DNA of 61,677 nucleotides, the filler included, from Basidiobolus ranarum (Eukaryota), in the NCBI GenBank assembly GCA_040143965.1. It is 23 parts of 23 records of this genome, joined end to end, with 100 filler letters (N's around TTAATTAATTAA, not from the genome) between each part and the next. Parts side by side here need not be neighbours in the genome. Positions count along the whole stretch, not along the records: positions 21,534 to 24,121 come from JASJQH010010047.1; positions 24,222 to 26,809 come from JASJQH010010048.1; positions 26,910 to 29,497 come from JASJQH010010049.1; positions 29,598 to 32,183 come from JASJQH010010050.1; positions 32,284 to 34,869 come from JASJQH010010051.1; 18 more parts are not named here. One strand, 5' to 3'. A program made the translations under genes and the position numbers. This document shows positions 21,534 through 32,915 of the stretch, one piece after another; the first letter of the stretch is position 1; each line of letters opens with the position of its first letter. The notes beneath the pieces were generated by a model. That model ran no database searches, was not told the origin of the DNA, and was given only the letters and a program-made list of their open reading frames with translations.

Positions 21534-24121
21534 CAGATCTGTGTGGCCCAATGCGGACAAAATCCTTAGGTGGAAAAAGGTATGTCATGACCTTTATTGA
21601 TGCTAAGACAAAGTATACTTGGATGTACATTCTGGCCAGTAAGGAAGAAGCCTTTGATACCTTCAAGAAGTTCAAAGCCATGGTGGAGACTGAAACAGGT
21701 CTAAAGATTAAGATTATCTGTACTGATAATGGTGGGGAATTTATCTCAAAACTCTTCTCTAACTTCTGCTCAACACATGGGATAAAACAGTAGACTACAG
21801 TGCCATATTCTCCACAGCAGAATGGAGTAGCAGAACATGCAAACTGATCAAAAATGGAAAAGGCAAGATCAATGCTTCATGATCAAGATTTACCAAAACA
21901 TTTCCGGGCTGAATCGGTTGCAAGTGCAGTATATATTATGAACGGCTGTCCTTCTAGGTCCCTATTGGCTATGACACCTTATCAAGATTGGTTTGGAAGT
22001 AAACATGATGTGGCTAATCTCAGAGTTTTTGGAAGTACTGCATTTGCAATGATTCCAGACCAGAAGAGATCAAAATTAGATCAAAAAAGTGAGAAATGTC
22101 TTTTTTTGGGATTTTGTGAAGGGACAAAAAGGGTACAGACTGTATGCCACTGAAAATAAGAAGCTAATCAAGTCAAGGGAGGTGGAATATGCTGAAGAAG
22201 AACAATTTTCAATCAAAACAATCCAGGACCAAGAAAAACAACCAAAAAATGATGCAAATTCTTCTCTTTCTCATCAGATCTTGATCAGTGAGAAAAACAT
22301 TGAAAATTCCTTACCTGCAATCTCCTCAACCAAGCCTGAGGTGGTTTCATTGCCTAAGTTGGTACCAGAAGCTGTAGTGCCAATTTCCCATCTTAGGAGA
22401 TCCAATTGGATGAGATCTCTGCCTGATTACTACTCTCACACTAGCCAAAAGGAGCCTAGTGCCAATTTAGCCATTTCTGATGAACCCAAATCAGTACAGG
22501 AGGCTATGGAGAGTCCCAACATGAAGTTTTGGAGTGCAGCAAAGGCAGAGAAGTATCAGTCACTAATAGATAACCAAACTTGGACTTTGGTTAAGTTACC
22601 TGATGACCTAAAATCAATTGGATGCAAATTGGTGTTCAAAGTTAAGCAGCAAGATGATGGATCTGTAGAGAGATATAAAGCCAGACTTGTAGCTAAAGGC
22701 TACTCTCAAATGGAAGGAGTGGACTACAACAAAAATTTTGCTCCTGTAGCAAAGTTTAATTCCATCAGAACTATACTAGCAGTAGCAGCAAAACACATCT
22801 TAAAAATCCATCACATGGAGGTTAAAACTGTTTTTTTAAGTGGGGACTTGGAAGAGGATATATTCGTTGATTAACCAGATGGTTTTGTGGATTCTGAGCA
22901 CCCTGAGGATGTGTGTAAGCTACAAAAGTCACTGTATGGATTTAAACAACCACCCAGTGCCTGGTACACTAAGATAGATACATACTTGGAATCTTGTGAT
23001 TTCCAAAAGAGTATGGTGGATTTTGGGATCTACTTTAAGACACATAAGGACAGTAAGAAGATACTTGCCTTTTATATATAGATGATCTAATGATAGCTAC
23101 CAATAATGATGAAGCTCTCAGGAATACCAAAAGAGATCTATCAGTCCAATTCAAGACGACCAATTTAGATGAACTTATGTATTTTTTAGGTCTGCAGATT
23201 CATACAGATATACTGAGGAAATCTATCACTCTGAAGCAATCTAAATACATCTCAGACATTATCAGATGTTACAGGATGGAGAATTGTAAGCCAGTAGCAA
23301 CTCCCATGGATCCAGGTGTGAAACTAGTCAAAAATCCCATCCAAAATCATGAAAATTGGCCAAATATGGCTCAAAGTATATCATTTGAAAGCCCTGAGTT
23401 CCCTTATTAATCTGTGGTAGCTAGTGTGACCTATGCTATGACTGGAACCCAACCAGACATCTCTTTTGCAGTGGGAGTAGTCAGCCAACATGTGCATAAC
23501 CAAGGATCTGAGCATTATGAAGCAGTTAAGCAGATTTTCAGATATTTGAAGAGGACAATTAATCTCGGATTAAGATACACATATTCTTATGCAAAAAGGA
23601 TCCAATTAGGTTTAGTGATACTGATTGGGGATGTGATGTTGAGGACGGAAGATTTATCACTGGATATATCTTTCTCTATAATGAACCAGCCATATCTTGG
23701 AATAGCAAGAAACAACCTACCATAGCACTTTCAACAACTGAAGCAGAATACATGGCAGTATCACATACAACAAAGGAGGTTATGTCATTAAGGAAATTAT
23801 GCAAAGACTTGGGCATTATTCAAAGCTCACCCACAATAATTTTCAAGGATAATCAAAGTTGAATTTCTTTAGCTAAAGATCCAAAATTTCATGCTAGAAG
23901 TAAGCACATTGTTATTCAACATCACTTTGTTAGGGAAGCTTTTGAGAATAAGCAAGTCCAGCTGGAGTACTGTCCAACTGAGGACATGATTGCTGATATC
24001 CTTACCAAATCATTACCCAAGCCTAAATTTGAAGAATTAAGATTTAAGTTAGGATTAAGATATATGAATATTTAGTTGAGTGGGAGTGTTGAAGTTTATT
24101 GTCTTTATCATATTTATTATC
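21534..24121 (+). mobile_element. Ty1/copia pol (integrase-RT-RNase H), decayed, with polypurine tract and start of 3' LTR C (24087)
   Basis: DLCGPM, TDNGGEF, PYSPQQNGVAE, ERYKARLVAKGYSQMEGVDY, LQKSLYG, YIDDL, SWNSKKQ, ADILTK; GAGTGGGAG|TGTTGAAG. Confidence 0.95.
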
Positions 24122-24221
24122 NNNNNNNNNNNNNNNNNNNNNNNNNNNNNNNNNNNNNNNNNNNNTTAATTAATTAANNNNNNNNNNNNNNNNNNNNNNN
24201 NNNNNNNNNNNNNNNNNNNNN

Positions 24222-25096
24222 GAGCAGCGATGTCAGGACATTCATTGTATTCATCATTATTTGACTTTCGAGAGTGTCCGAGGTTCAGGATATTTCCAAG
24301 GCACACATTGACATCAGCCTTGAGAATGCCTAATAATTCCAAGCACTTTAGCGTGGGCTACGATATCGGCGCATTCTAACCGATCAATATGTTCTTTTGA
24401 CCAGCCATTACTACCTTTAATACCAAGGCATACGTTGGCATTCACCTTTAAGCCTAATAGTCGAAGGCGGGCAACGACATCATCACACTCGTTGTATTCA
24501 TCATCACCGGATCTTCGAAGTTTGCGTGGTTCTCTACCATTCTGTAGACAAATATTGACATCGGCATCAATAATGTTTAGTATTCTAGCTTTGACCACAA
24601 GTGCTTCACACCCCATTCGATTAATTTCATTTCTGGACAGACCACCAGCACCTCGAAGGCCAACACATACATTGGCATCTACCTTGACACCATCGGTGTT
24701 GGTGTTGACCTTCAGAAGTCTGAGTCTAGCAACGATGTCTCTACACCGACGTTCATCATCATCCTCACTCCTCTTAGCATTTCGATGAGACTCATTGACA
24801 ATGTTTCCGAGGCAGACATTAGCATCAACATGGATACCAAGAGCCCTGACTCGGACTGCAAGCTCGTCACATGTCAAATCAGCAGGATTTAGAAGCTCAA
24901 GCCCATCATCACTCTTATCAGGTCGGCCTCTGCACATACCTGGATCAATATTCAGGCCATGACGAGTGTTGAGGTGAGACAACAGATCTTGACAGTAGCT
25001 GATTCCAGCAGGTGGAACGTATCCTCTCTCTACAACAAAACTGGAGGCAAGAAGAGCACTAGATAGAAGTAACAAAAGATTGTTGGCGGGAATCAT
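24222..25096 (-). CDS. Secreted Cys-containing repeat protein, copy A (3'-incomplete; apparent frameshift at 24324-24333)
   Basis: Signal-peptide-like N-terminus, ~65-aa repeats with C-x18-C and C-x19-C modules, KR/RR linkers, TATA ~100 bp upstream; the repeat continues in another frame to the contig end. Confidence 0.85.
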
Positions 25097-25922
25097 TCTA
25101 TTAGTGACAGGTATATGGAGAGTGAGAGAGAGAGAGGATAGAGCTCTAAGGAAGAGGAGAATGTTAACTTTTATGATGGGTCAAAAGCTCACTTATATAT
25201 TGGTTAGCACCAAATTCTTATTTGCCGTTTCTGTTCAGGGATTGTTTAACCACAATGATGCATAATTTCGGAGATAATTGATTAACCCTTTATTCCATCA
25301 ATGAATAACGCCTATTCTGGCTACATATCCTTACTTGTGCCCAATTATAAGTTTTACAACCATTGGCCACCACTATAATTGCTAATATAAATGCCACTTT
25401 CTTTACGGTTAGTGTTATGTGAGTTTGATTCAATTGTGATGATACATAACGGAAGGAATAATGTCCAGCCAGAATAGGTATAAAAGTAATCGAAAAAGAA
25501 CAAAATGCGGAGATTTAAGCATATTTAAGCATAAAAGAGCTGATAGAGCAGGTGACTTTTCAGAGCGGTGTATACGTCTATATATACTGATAAATCTCGA
25601 TAAATATTCAAGAATGTAACACTCAGATGATCTGACGAGGGGTAAACAAAACGATACACTACACAGCTCTTGTAATCTCTTATCTATAATATGTATAAGA
25701 AGATTGGGTACTGTAGTCAATTATATATAAGCTGTATCTAGTAAATTTATTCAGAAAACTCAAACTTAATAAAATACCTTCAACATCTATGTCAATTTGT
25801 TAGAATATTGACTATTTAGGGATTAAGAAAACCCTATCTAAAAGAATATGTGAACAAAGCAGTGACACTAGTAGTGTCAACCTTGACAAATTCATCCTAA
25901 ATTTACTATAATGGAACGTATT

Positions 25923-26809
25923 TTAACAAATATCCACATCAGCTTCTATAATACGGAGTACTTTAGCATGGGCGACAATGTCTTCACAACCCTTGTGTTC
26001 AACATCACTCTTTGACCAACCACCTTCACCATTGATTCCAAGACAAACATCAGCTTTTACATTGAGGCCAAGTATACGGAGACGAACAGCGATATCATCA
26101 CACTCATTGTATTGACTATGCTCTGCTTCCCGATTTTCTACTTCATTAGAAAGGCAAACGTCAACATTGGCATTAAGGATATTAAGTACTCTGGCATGAG
26201 CGACTATATCATGACAGTTGGCTTTATCAGTTTGTTGCTTTGACCAAGCTCCAGTACTCTGCACCCCGACGCAAACATCAGCGTTCAACTTGATACCAAG
26301 CAAACGTAGTCGAACTGCAATATCTTCACATTCATTGTATTCACTGTCATCGATAGCTCTACGAGATTTAGTCGGTGCCAAAACATCACTTAAGCAAATA
26401 TTGACATCAGCTTTGATGATGTTGAGTACTTTCGCATGGACTTGGATGTCTTCACAACTTCCATCACGTACATCATCTTTGGTCCATTTTCCAGAGCTCT
26501 TAATGCCAATACAAACATCGGCATCTAACTTGAGACCTAATATGCGAAGGCGAGCAGCGATATCTGGGCATTCGTTGTACTCTTCAGCGGGAGTGCCTCT
26601 AGAATGACCGAGATTCAAGATATTGCCTAGGCAGACATTGACATCAGCCTTGATAATTCCAAGTACTTTAGCATGAGCAACAATGTCATTGCACTCTGAC
26701 CTGTCAACACGATCTTTTGACCATCCCTTGCTCCCTCTGATACCAAGGCATACATTTGCATCCACCTTCAAGCCCAACAAACTAAGACGAGCGACAATAT
26801 CATCGCACT
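25923..26809 (-). CDS. Cys-containing repeat protein, copy B (5'-incomplete)
   Basis: Four repeats EYNECxDIxxRLRxLGxKxxADVCxG...WSK...CxDIxxHAKVLxIIxADVxxC in one open frame ending in TAA; paralogous to copy A. Confidence 0.88.
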
Positions 26810-26909
26810 NNNNNNNNNNNNNNNNNNNNNNNNNNNNNNNNNNNNNNNNNNNNTTAATTAATTAANNNNNNNNNNNNNNNNNNNNNNNNNNNNNNNNNNN
26901 NNNNNNNNN

Positions 26910-27013
26910 GGACATTCGACTCCGTTCCCACATGTACCATCCAAACTGACAGAAGCTTGGTAAACTGGAGCCATACAGGCGATCAAAGCAACAGTTACAA
27001 GAGTAGATTTCAT
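26910..27013 (-). CDS. N-terminus of a secreted protein with probable CBM18/hevein-like chitin-binding module (runs off contig)
   Basis: MKSTLVTVALIACMAPVYQA signal-like sequence, then SVSLDGTCGNGVEC; TATAAA ~95 bp upstream. Confidence 0.65.
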
Positions 27014-28081
27014 GGTTGTAATAATGATTTGGTTTAGTGATCGGATTATGTGATATTGTTTGATATTCAAGGTTAATGGGCTTTCTTTAAACCTAGCGCT
27101 CTCATATTTATACGCGTAAAGAGGTGATCCATTGTTCATGCAAAATGAATACCACTCTAAATGTTACATCATTCCGTCACAGAATCTTCGAATTTAGGCC
27201 ATCCATCCATAAGATTGGTGAATTTTGCATAATCATGGAAATATTTATTCAAGTTGCTCGGTCAACATTGCTACTACAATGCAAGATAACTCACTCAATA
27301 TTACTCAGCGAGCCTTAACCGCTGGGAAGTTATTTACCAGTGCCATGTCTAGTTTTTGATGTGTATAACTATTCAACACCAAAAGCGCTGAGCTTTACCG
27401 TGAGTGTACCACGTAAGCTATATAATCATCACCAGCCGAATTCTGTAACATTGTAAATTTCAGATGGTCATGCTAGACTGCACTAAGAGTAAGATGGTGA
27501 ATCTAAATACGATGTAATCTAAGTAAAATGGGCCTCATCTTCCATTTTATAATTCAGTACCGTTTCATCCTATTTTAATCTAACCTTCCAGTCTAAATAT
27601 GATTTCCATTCGAATCTGTCTCTTATTCTATTGTACCCACTCTATAATGCTTCAAAAGGTACAATATTGATATATAAATCCGAAACTCACTACTCCTACT
27701 ATTAAAAGATTGAATAGTCTTATTTGTGTAAATCTCCTCAACTATGTAGATTAAGTTACTATGTGCTTCTTTACTTCGGCTTCTTCCTATTCTTATTGTA
27801 GTTGATTGTATACATCCAATTTTCTGCTGCTTGCTCTATCACTATTGGGTAGCATTTCTTGTCAGCTTTAGGGTGCCATGAGAGTGCAAACCTATTTGCA
27901 TATGCATCTCTCCCAAATCTAACGCTATACTTCCCATCTATTAGAAGATTACAATTACTTGCCTTTATGAGTGATATGCCAGAGCTTACGTGTTCCAAGT
28001 GCAAGGACGAGAGGGAGCTATCATAACTCAAGGCAAGTTTGGTTGATGTGAGGGAAAGGGATGAAGTAGAATGCTAATTTC

Positions 28082-29090
28082 TTAGGGGGGATGAAAAGCT
28101 CCAGGTGGTGTGGACTTTATTTAGCTTATATACTAATCTAAACAAAGTAACAATCAAGATATCAATCTTCTAAGATATTGTGACAAAACTGGATAATATC
28201 CATACTTAACTTGATGACCAATGTAATCCAGTTCTGAGGATGTAAACATAGTGTTAAGAGGCAATGGTGGTAAGCAGAAAGGAAGATAATCAGTACAAAC
28301 CAAGTGGACAATGGGACAAAAACCTGGAATTATGGGAACAAAGAAGGTGTCTTGAAGGCAAGGTATTGCTTCCAAAGATCTAGCTGGAAGTCTATAGCAC
28401 CAATTTGGGCTGTCTTGTTTCATGCAGTTGTAAAGCTAGTTCAGACACAAGAGGGTCATTGTGTATCAGTTTCCAGCATGATAGTAGATTTAAAGATGGT
28501 GTGGCTAGCCACTTCTTAACCAGTGGATTTCTGCAGTCATTTAGTTGGAGTAAGAATCTAGCTGTCAGTAGTACTACTCTGCTATGATATGGGAAGAATA
28601 TAATTGTTACATTTAGAGCATAATTATGGGAGTCTCAGGCAAGTCAGGTATCAGCAGCCTGAGGCAGTAGCTGATGAATCTATCAAGCTTGGAATAGTCC
28701 CTCTGCTTGAGTGGGAGCAGATGTACTCCATATTCCAGAACTGGTGTCACAAACTGCTTGAGAAGTCTTTGACAGCCATAAGATAAGATGTATTGGGAGG
28801 TGTAACTGGATGTAGCTTGTGAACAGCCTGTCTAGCCAAGTCAATTCTGACTGATAGGTGTTTCATCACAACAATACCAGCTTGAGTAAATGGGAATCCA
28901 AGATAGGTTGCATGGTTCATTTGAGGGAGTTTAGTACCGTACAAGAGGATAGTACAAACAAGTGGAATTGTTTTAGCAATGGAAAGCTCTAAGCTATTTT
29001 CTGATAGATGCCTCTGAATAGTAGCAGTATCATGGTGAGGCAGAGAAGTAGACACTCTGATATCATCAGTAAATAAAGTAAGCAAGGATA
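28082..29090 (-). mobile_element. Non-LTR retrotransposon (LINE), 5'-truncated and decayed: RT C-terminal half to 3' tail
   Basis: LFTDDI (YADD-like), N.L.LS..KT and YLGFPF motifs; Cys/His-containing C-terminus; tail AATAAAGTCCACACCACCTGG...CCCCCCTAA. Confidence 0.8.
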
Positions 29091-29199
29091 TACTGGGAAA
29101 ATATGGGCTGTTGGGTTAGGGGGGTTGATAAACACCAGAGGGTGTAATATTTATTTATCAATTTCAACTAAGTCAATAAATAAATAAGCCAAGTTAGAA

Positions 29200-29486
29200 T
29201 AGGGTTAGGGGGAGACAATCATCAAAAGGTGAAATCTTTATTTCAAACAAAACAAAGAAGCCATAACTACTTTTGTAGTTTCTTAACTAATGTATGGAGA
29301 TCAGGAGTATTTATATGAATGTTGCAAAGCCAAAAAGTTAAGTCAGTAGAATCTAAGACACTGTTAAGTGGAGTGGGAGGGAGTAACTATTGAAATTATT
29401 TAGGGAGAAATATTGGTCTGGCCAGGATTTGAACCTGGGGCCTCCTTCACTCTAGCAAGGTGCTCTAACCACTGAGCTACCAGTCC
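29200..29486 (-). mobile_element. Candidate tRNA-derived SINE (~290 bp)
   Basis: 73-nt tRNA-like head, ~170-nt body, and a tail AAATAAAG..CACC....GATG..CCCCCTAACCCTA resembling the LINE tail. Confidence 0.6.
29414..29486 (-). pseudogene. tRNA-like sequence (pseudo-tRNA or SINE head)
   Basis: GGACTGG TA GCTC AGTGGTTA GAGC A CCTTG CTAGAGT GAAGG AGGCC CCAGG TTCAAAT CCTGG CCAGACC A folds as a cloverleaf with A and B boxes, but has acceptor- and anticodon-stem mismatches and an AGA loop without the long serine variable arm. Confidence 0.75.
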
Positions 29487-29839
29487 TTGTATGCTATNNN
29501 NNNNNNNNNNNNNNNNNNNNNNNNNNNNNNNNNNNNNNNNNTTAATTAATTAANNNNNNNNNNNNNNNNNNNNNNNNNNNNNNNNNNNNNNNNNNNNTTT
29601 CTAGAGGCTGGTCTCATATTCCTGTAGATTCTGGAGATAGTTCTTGTAGCAGAGTTTGTGGTCTGTAATGGAAGAGTGTCCATCAGAGTATCCCAAAGTT
29701 GCTGCTGCCTTAACTTAAACACTGGTAAAATTTAAACTTGCATAAAGTACATCGTTCATCATGTATTTACGTTTGATCATTATATTGGTCATGTATATAA
29801 TACTCCCCTTTCTCCATATGTTTATCAATCATCTCAACA

Positions 29840-30343
29840 ATGAAGTACTCAGTCGCTCAACTCTTACTTGTTCTCTCTACAGCTTTTGCTATCAATGCTA
29901 GTGTGCTTGAGCGTTCGTACGATCCAAGTTATAAGGGAGTAGGCCATGGTGGAGGTGGTGGCGGGAGAGCACACAAATATGGCGGTGGTCATGGTGGTGA
30001 TGACTATGAAGACGACTATGATGGTGATGGTAATGGAGGAAAATACGGCCATGGACGAGGTAAGAAATACGGAGGTGGTGGTGGAGGCCATAGTGATGAC
30101 TATGATGATGATGAATATGATGGACACGGCAATGGAGGGAACTACAAGGATGGAAGAGGAAGGAAATACGGCGGTGGAAGAGGTGATGGGGATTATGATG
30201 AGGAATATGATGGTGATGATGACTATCATCGTGGGGGAGGAAGGGGAAAGAAATATGGTAGTGGAGGTGGCGATGATTATGAGGGTAATGGCAAAAGACA
30301 TGGTAGCGGCCATGGTGGAAACAATGGTTACAACAAACACTAA
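29840..30343 (+). CDS. Secreted Gly/Asp/Tyr-rich repetitive protein (167 aa)
   Basis: Signal-like MKYSVAQLLLVLSTAFAINA, VLER propeptide-like motif, about four repeats of KYGGG..DDY.(DEYDG)..GRG(K/R); TATATAA 45 bp upstream and AATAAA downstream. Confidence 0.85.
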   Translation: MKYSVAQLLLVLSTAFAINASVLERSYDPSYKGVGHGGGGGGRAHKYGGGHGGDDYEDDYDGDGNGGKYGHGRGKKYGGGGGGHSDDYDDDEYDGHGNGGNYKDGRGRKYGGGRGDGDYDEEYDGDDDYHRGGGRGKKYGSGGGDDYEGNGKRHGSGHGGNNGYNKH

Positions 30344-32283
30344 AAATAGATTGAACTTCGAGAATACCCAGTTGATTGTAAGTTACAGAATGAATAAATA
30401 TTCATATTTCTTATTTTACTTGCTGTTTGGGAGCAACTCTATGAATACGTTTTCAACGTAGAGTAAGTGTACGTTTGATCAAGTGTAGTTTAGGAATTGA
30501 ATACTCTATCCCACATTGTAAACACCGGCTCCATTGTTATCTCCGCTAACCTTAATTCTGCTTCTATCACTGACATCTTATTGTTATTCCTGAAAACACC
30601 CTACAATGACAGGTGTAATAGCAATTACTGATTAAGTGCCATTCATTCATCTACTCTATGGCATTCATACTGTGATGAGGTCCTCTCCATGATATCAGTG
30701 AAGAAAAGCGAGTGTGGCAACAACATTGAACTATATATTGATATTTGGAGAATATTACGCTACCCATTTCCCAAGATGGCGAGATGTACTACAAGAGAAT
30801 TTTACTTAATCAACAAATGCTGAAAGCTGCTTATACGGATGAAATTGATTGTGGTTATGTAAAAATCGATTCTATGCATTTCAAGGCTAGTTCAAGAATT
30901 ATTAGCTGCCTTGCTCCTGGGCCTAATCCTCCAGATTTGGCAATAAATATGAGAGTAAACCCCTCCCCACTGCTGTCTACTTGTGATCCAACTGAGAGTG
31001 CCTAAGACATGACTGGAAAAGGTCTTATCCTACGCTGAATGACTGTCAAAGCATTACCAATAGTGTAATTAAGCAATTATGTGACAATCACTCAAGAAAT
31101 ACCTGTATCAAGAAGAATACACTCTTACTGTAGAATCAGCTGTTAAATGTTGGACTAGAAAATGCCACGACCATGGTGCTCATGGTGGTAACGTTGAAGA
31201 GTTATGACAAGTGCTATACGTGATGCGTTTGATTCTTACATCAGTAAGTATGTAAAGCCAGATATAAAAGGCTATCCGAAAGCACTAACCAGCTCATTGA
31301 GTGATTGGTATGCGGACATCAAGGCGGAGGGTAAGAGTATAATTGGCTTGCTAAAGGGGAATTTTATACTCTTCAGAGCAACTATTATTGACGAGAGAGA
31401 CTTTCCTTTTCAGAGTAACTATTGTTGAAGACAATGCCACCTTACCCTTTCATTCAGTCTTCAATTGTTGATAATAAAATGTTTAAAAAGCAATGTGGGC
31501 ATCACAGTAGACTTAGCTACTTTTTCTCATACTCAATTCTAAGGAAGTACTTCATCTTTTTTCAACTTTTTTGTTGTCCTGTTTTAACTACCGCAAAGAA
31601 GCCATTTTATTATCTCTCTGCAAGTAAAATTCAACACCTGGAGAAAGTCTTACTATAACTACTGGGAGATTTTTGTATGCTCCAATTTATTGGAAAGTGA
31701 CACATTACAGAGCTCCTGCTTGATTGTGTATTAGTGCAAATATTGAAAGAGACTAATGCTAGAAAGGTATCAAATTTTCCAAAGTCAGGTGATCAATGTC
31801 TATACACAACCTTTGCCAGAATTTACACGTAGCTGAAACACTTTTATAATTATTGATATGAAGATATTTTGATGTACAGGTATAATAGCTGTATATGTGA
31901 AAACTGGTTATGATCTGAAGTGATTTCAAGTCCTTGTATTTGTTGTTTTGTATATGCATACTGAATAATACTATACAGTGATTAAGTTTGTAACATACTT
32001 TGCTTGTGATTGATGTCAAATTTACAAAATTGAGCTTTAGCACATCTAAGAGAGATTTAAGTGATAGATGTTGAAAAATGGACCAAAGTTCAGCATTTTA
32101 GCTAAGAATATATATATCAAACTGGCTAGCTATTGTGCTTCAGTTCAAGATATATATCTCTACCAATCTAGCTTTAAAATAAGNNNNNNNNNNNNNNNNN
32201 NNNNNNNNNNNNNNNNNNNNNNNNNNNTTAATTAATTAANNNNNNNNNNNNNNNNNNNNNNNNNNNNNNNNNNNNNNNNNNNN

Positions 32284-32710
32284 CTTTAGAGATTTTAAAA
32301 CACTTGTGGAGACTGAAACTGGAACTAAAATCAAGAAAATACATACTGATGATGGTGGGGAATACACTTCAACACTATTTCAGCACTTTTGCAAAGTTTA
32401 TGGAATTAAGCAAGAAACTACTGCCCCCTATTCACCTCAACAAAATGAAGTTGCTGAAAGAGCTAACAGGACTATAATAGAAATGGCAAGATCTGTGATA
32501 AATGCACAATATTTATCATGTAACTTTTGGGTGGAATCTGTTGCTACAGCTGTATGTCTGAAGAATAGGAGTTTTACTAGAAGTCTGTCTAACTCTACAC
32601 CATATCAAGCTTAGTTTGGGGTTAAACCTGATGTAAAACATTTGAGGATCTTTGGCTGCATTGCCTATAACAAAATTATAACCAAAAATCAATCTAAATT
32701 TGATCTTTTA
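32284..32710 (+). mobile_element. Copia integrase remnant
   Basis: HTDDGGEYTS, TAPYSPQQNEVAERANRTIIEMARS, HLRIFGC. Confidence 0.9.
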
Positions 32711-32719
32711 TTGACTTTG

Positions 32720-32915
32720 AGAACTTGTTGTAGAAGCCCCAACCTTACACACATGTTTCTAGGACCTTCCTTAACACATTCTACATGCTTGTTAGCTTAT
32801 CTCATGACATTACTATAAATGTTAACTTTCCACTCAATTAATCAACAAGCAATAATAATCAATTCCTCTAGTTCTCCAAACCACTTCCAAGAAACTCCCA
32901 AAATACTTCAACAGC
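32720..32915 (+). repeat. Family-B-related LTR, 3' half
   Basis: Aligns with 6170-6355 and ends AATACTTCAACA. Confidence 0.6.

Noticed and set aside
24222-26809. Hydrophobin call for the Cys-repeat proteins
   Set aside because: No CC doublets or 8-Cys spacing; the unit has four isolated Cys.
29414-29486. Functional tRNA-Ser(AGA)
   Set aside because: No long variable arm, stem mismatches, and no immediate T-run terminator; fits a pseudo-tRNA or SINE head better.
29864-30461. Met/Val-rich and Ile/Thr-rich ORFs overlapping the Gly-rich gene
   Set aside because: Frame-shifted and antisense readings of GGT/GAT codon repeats.
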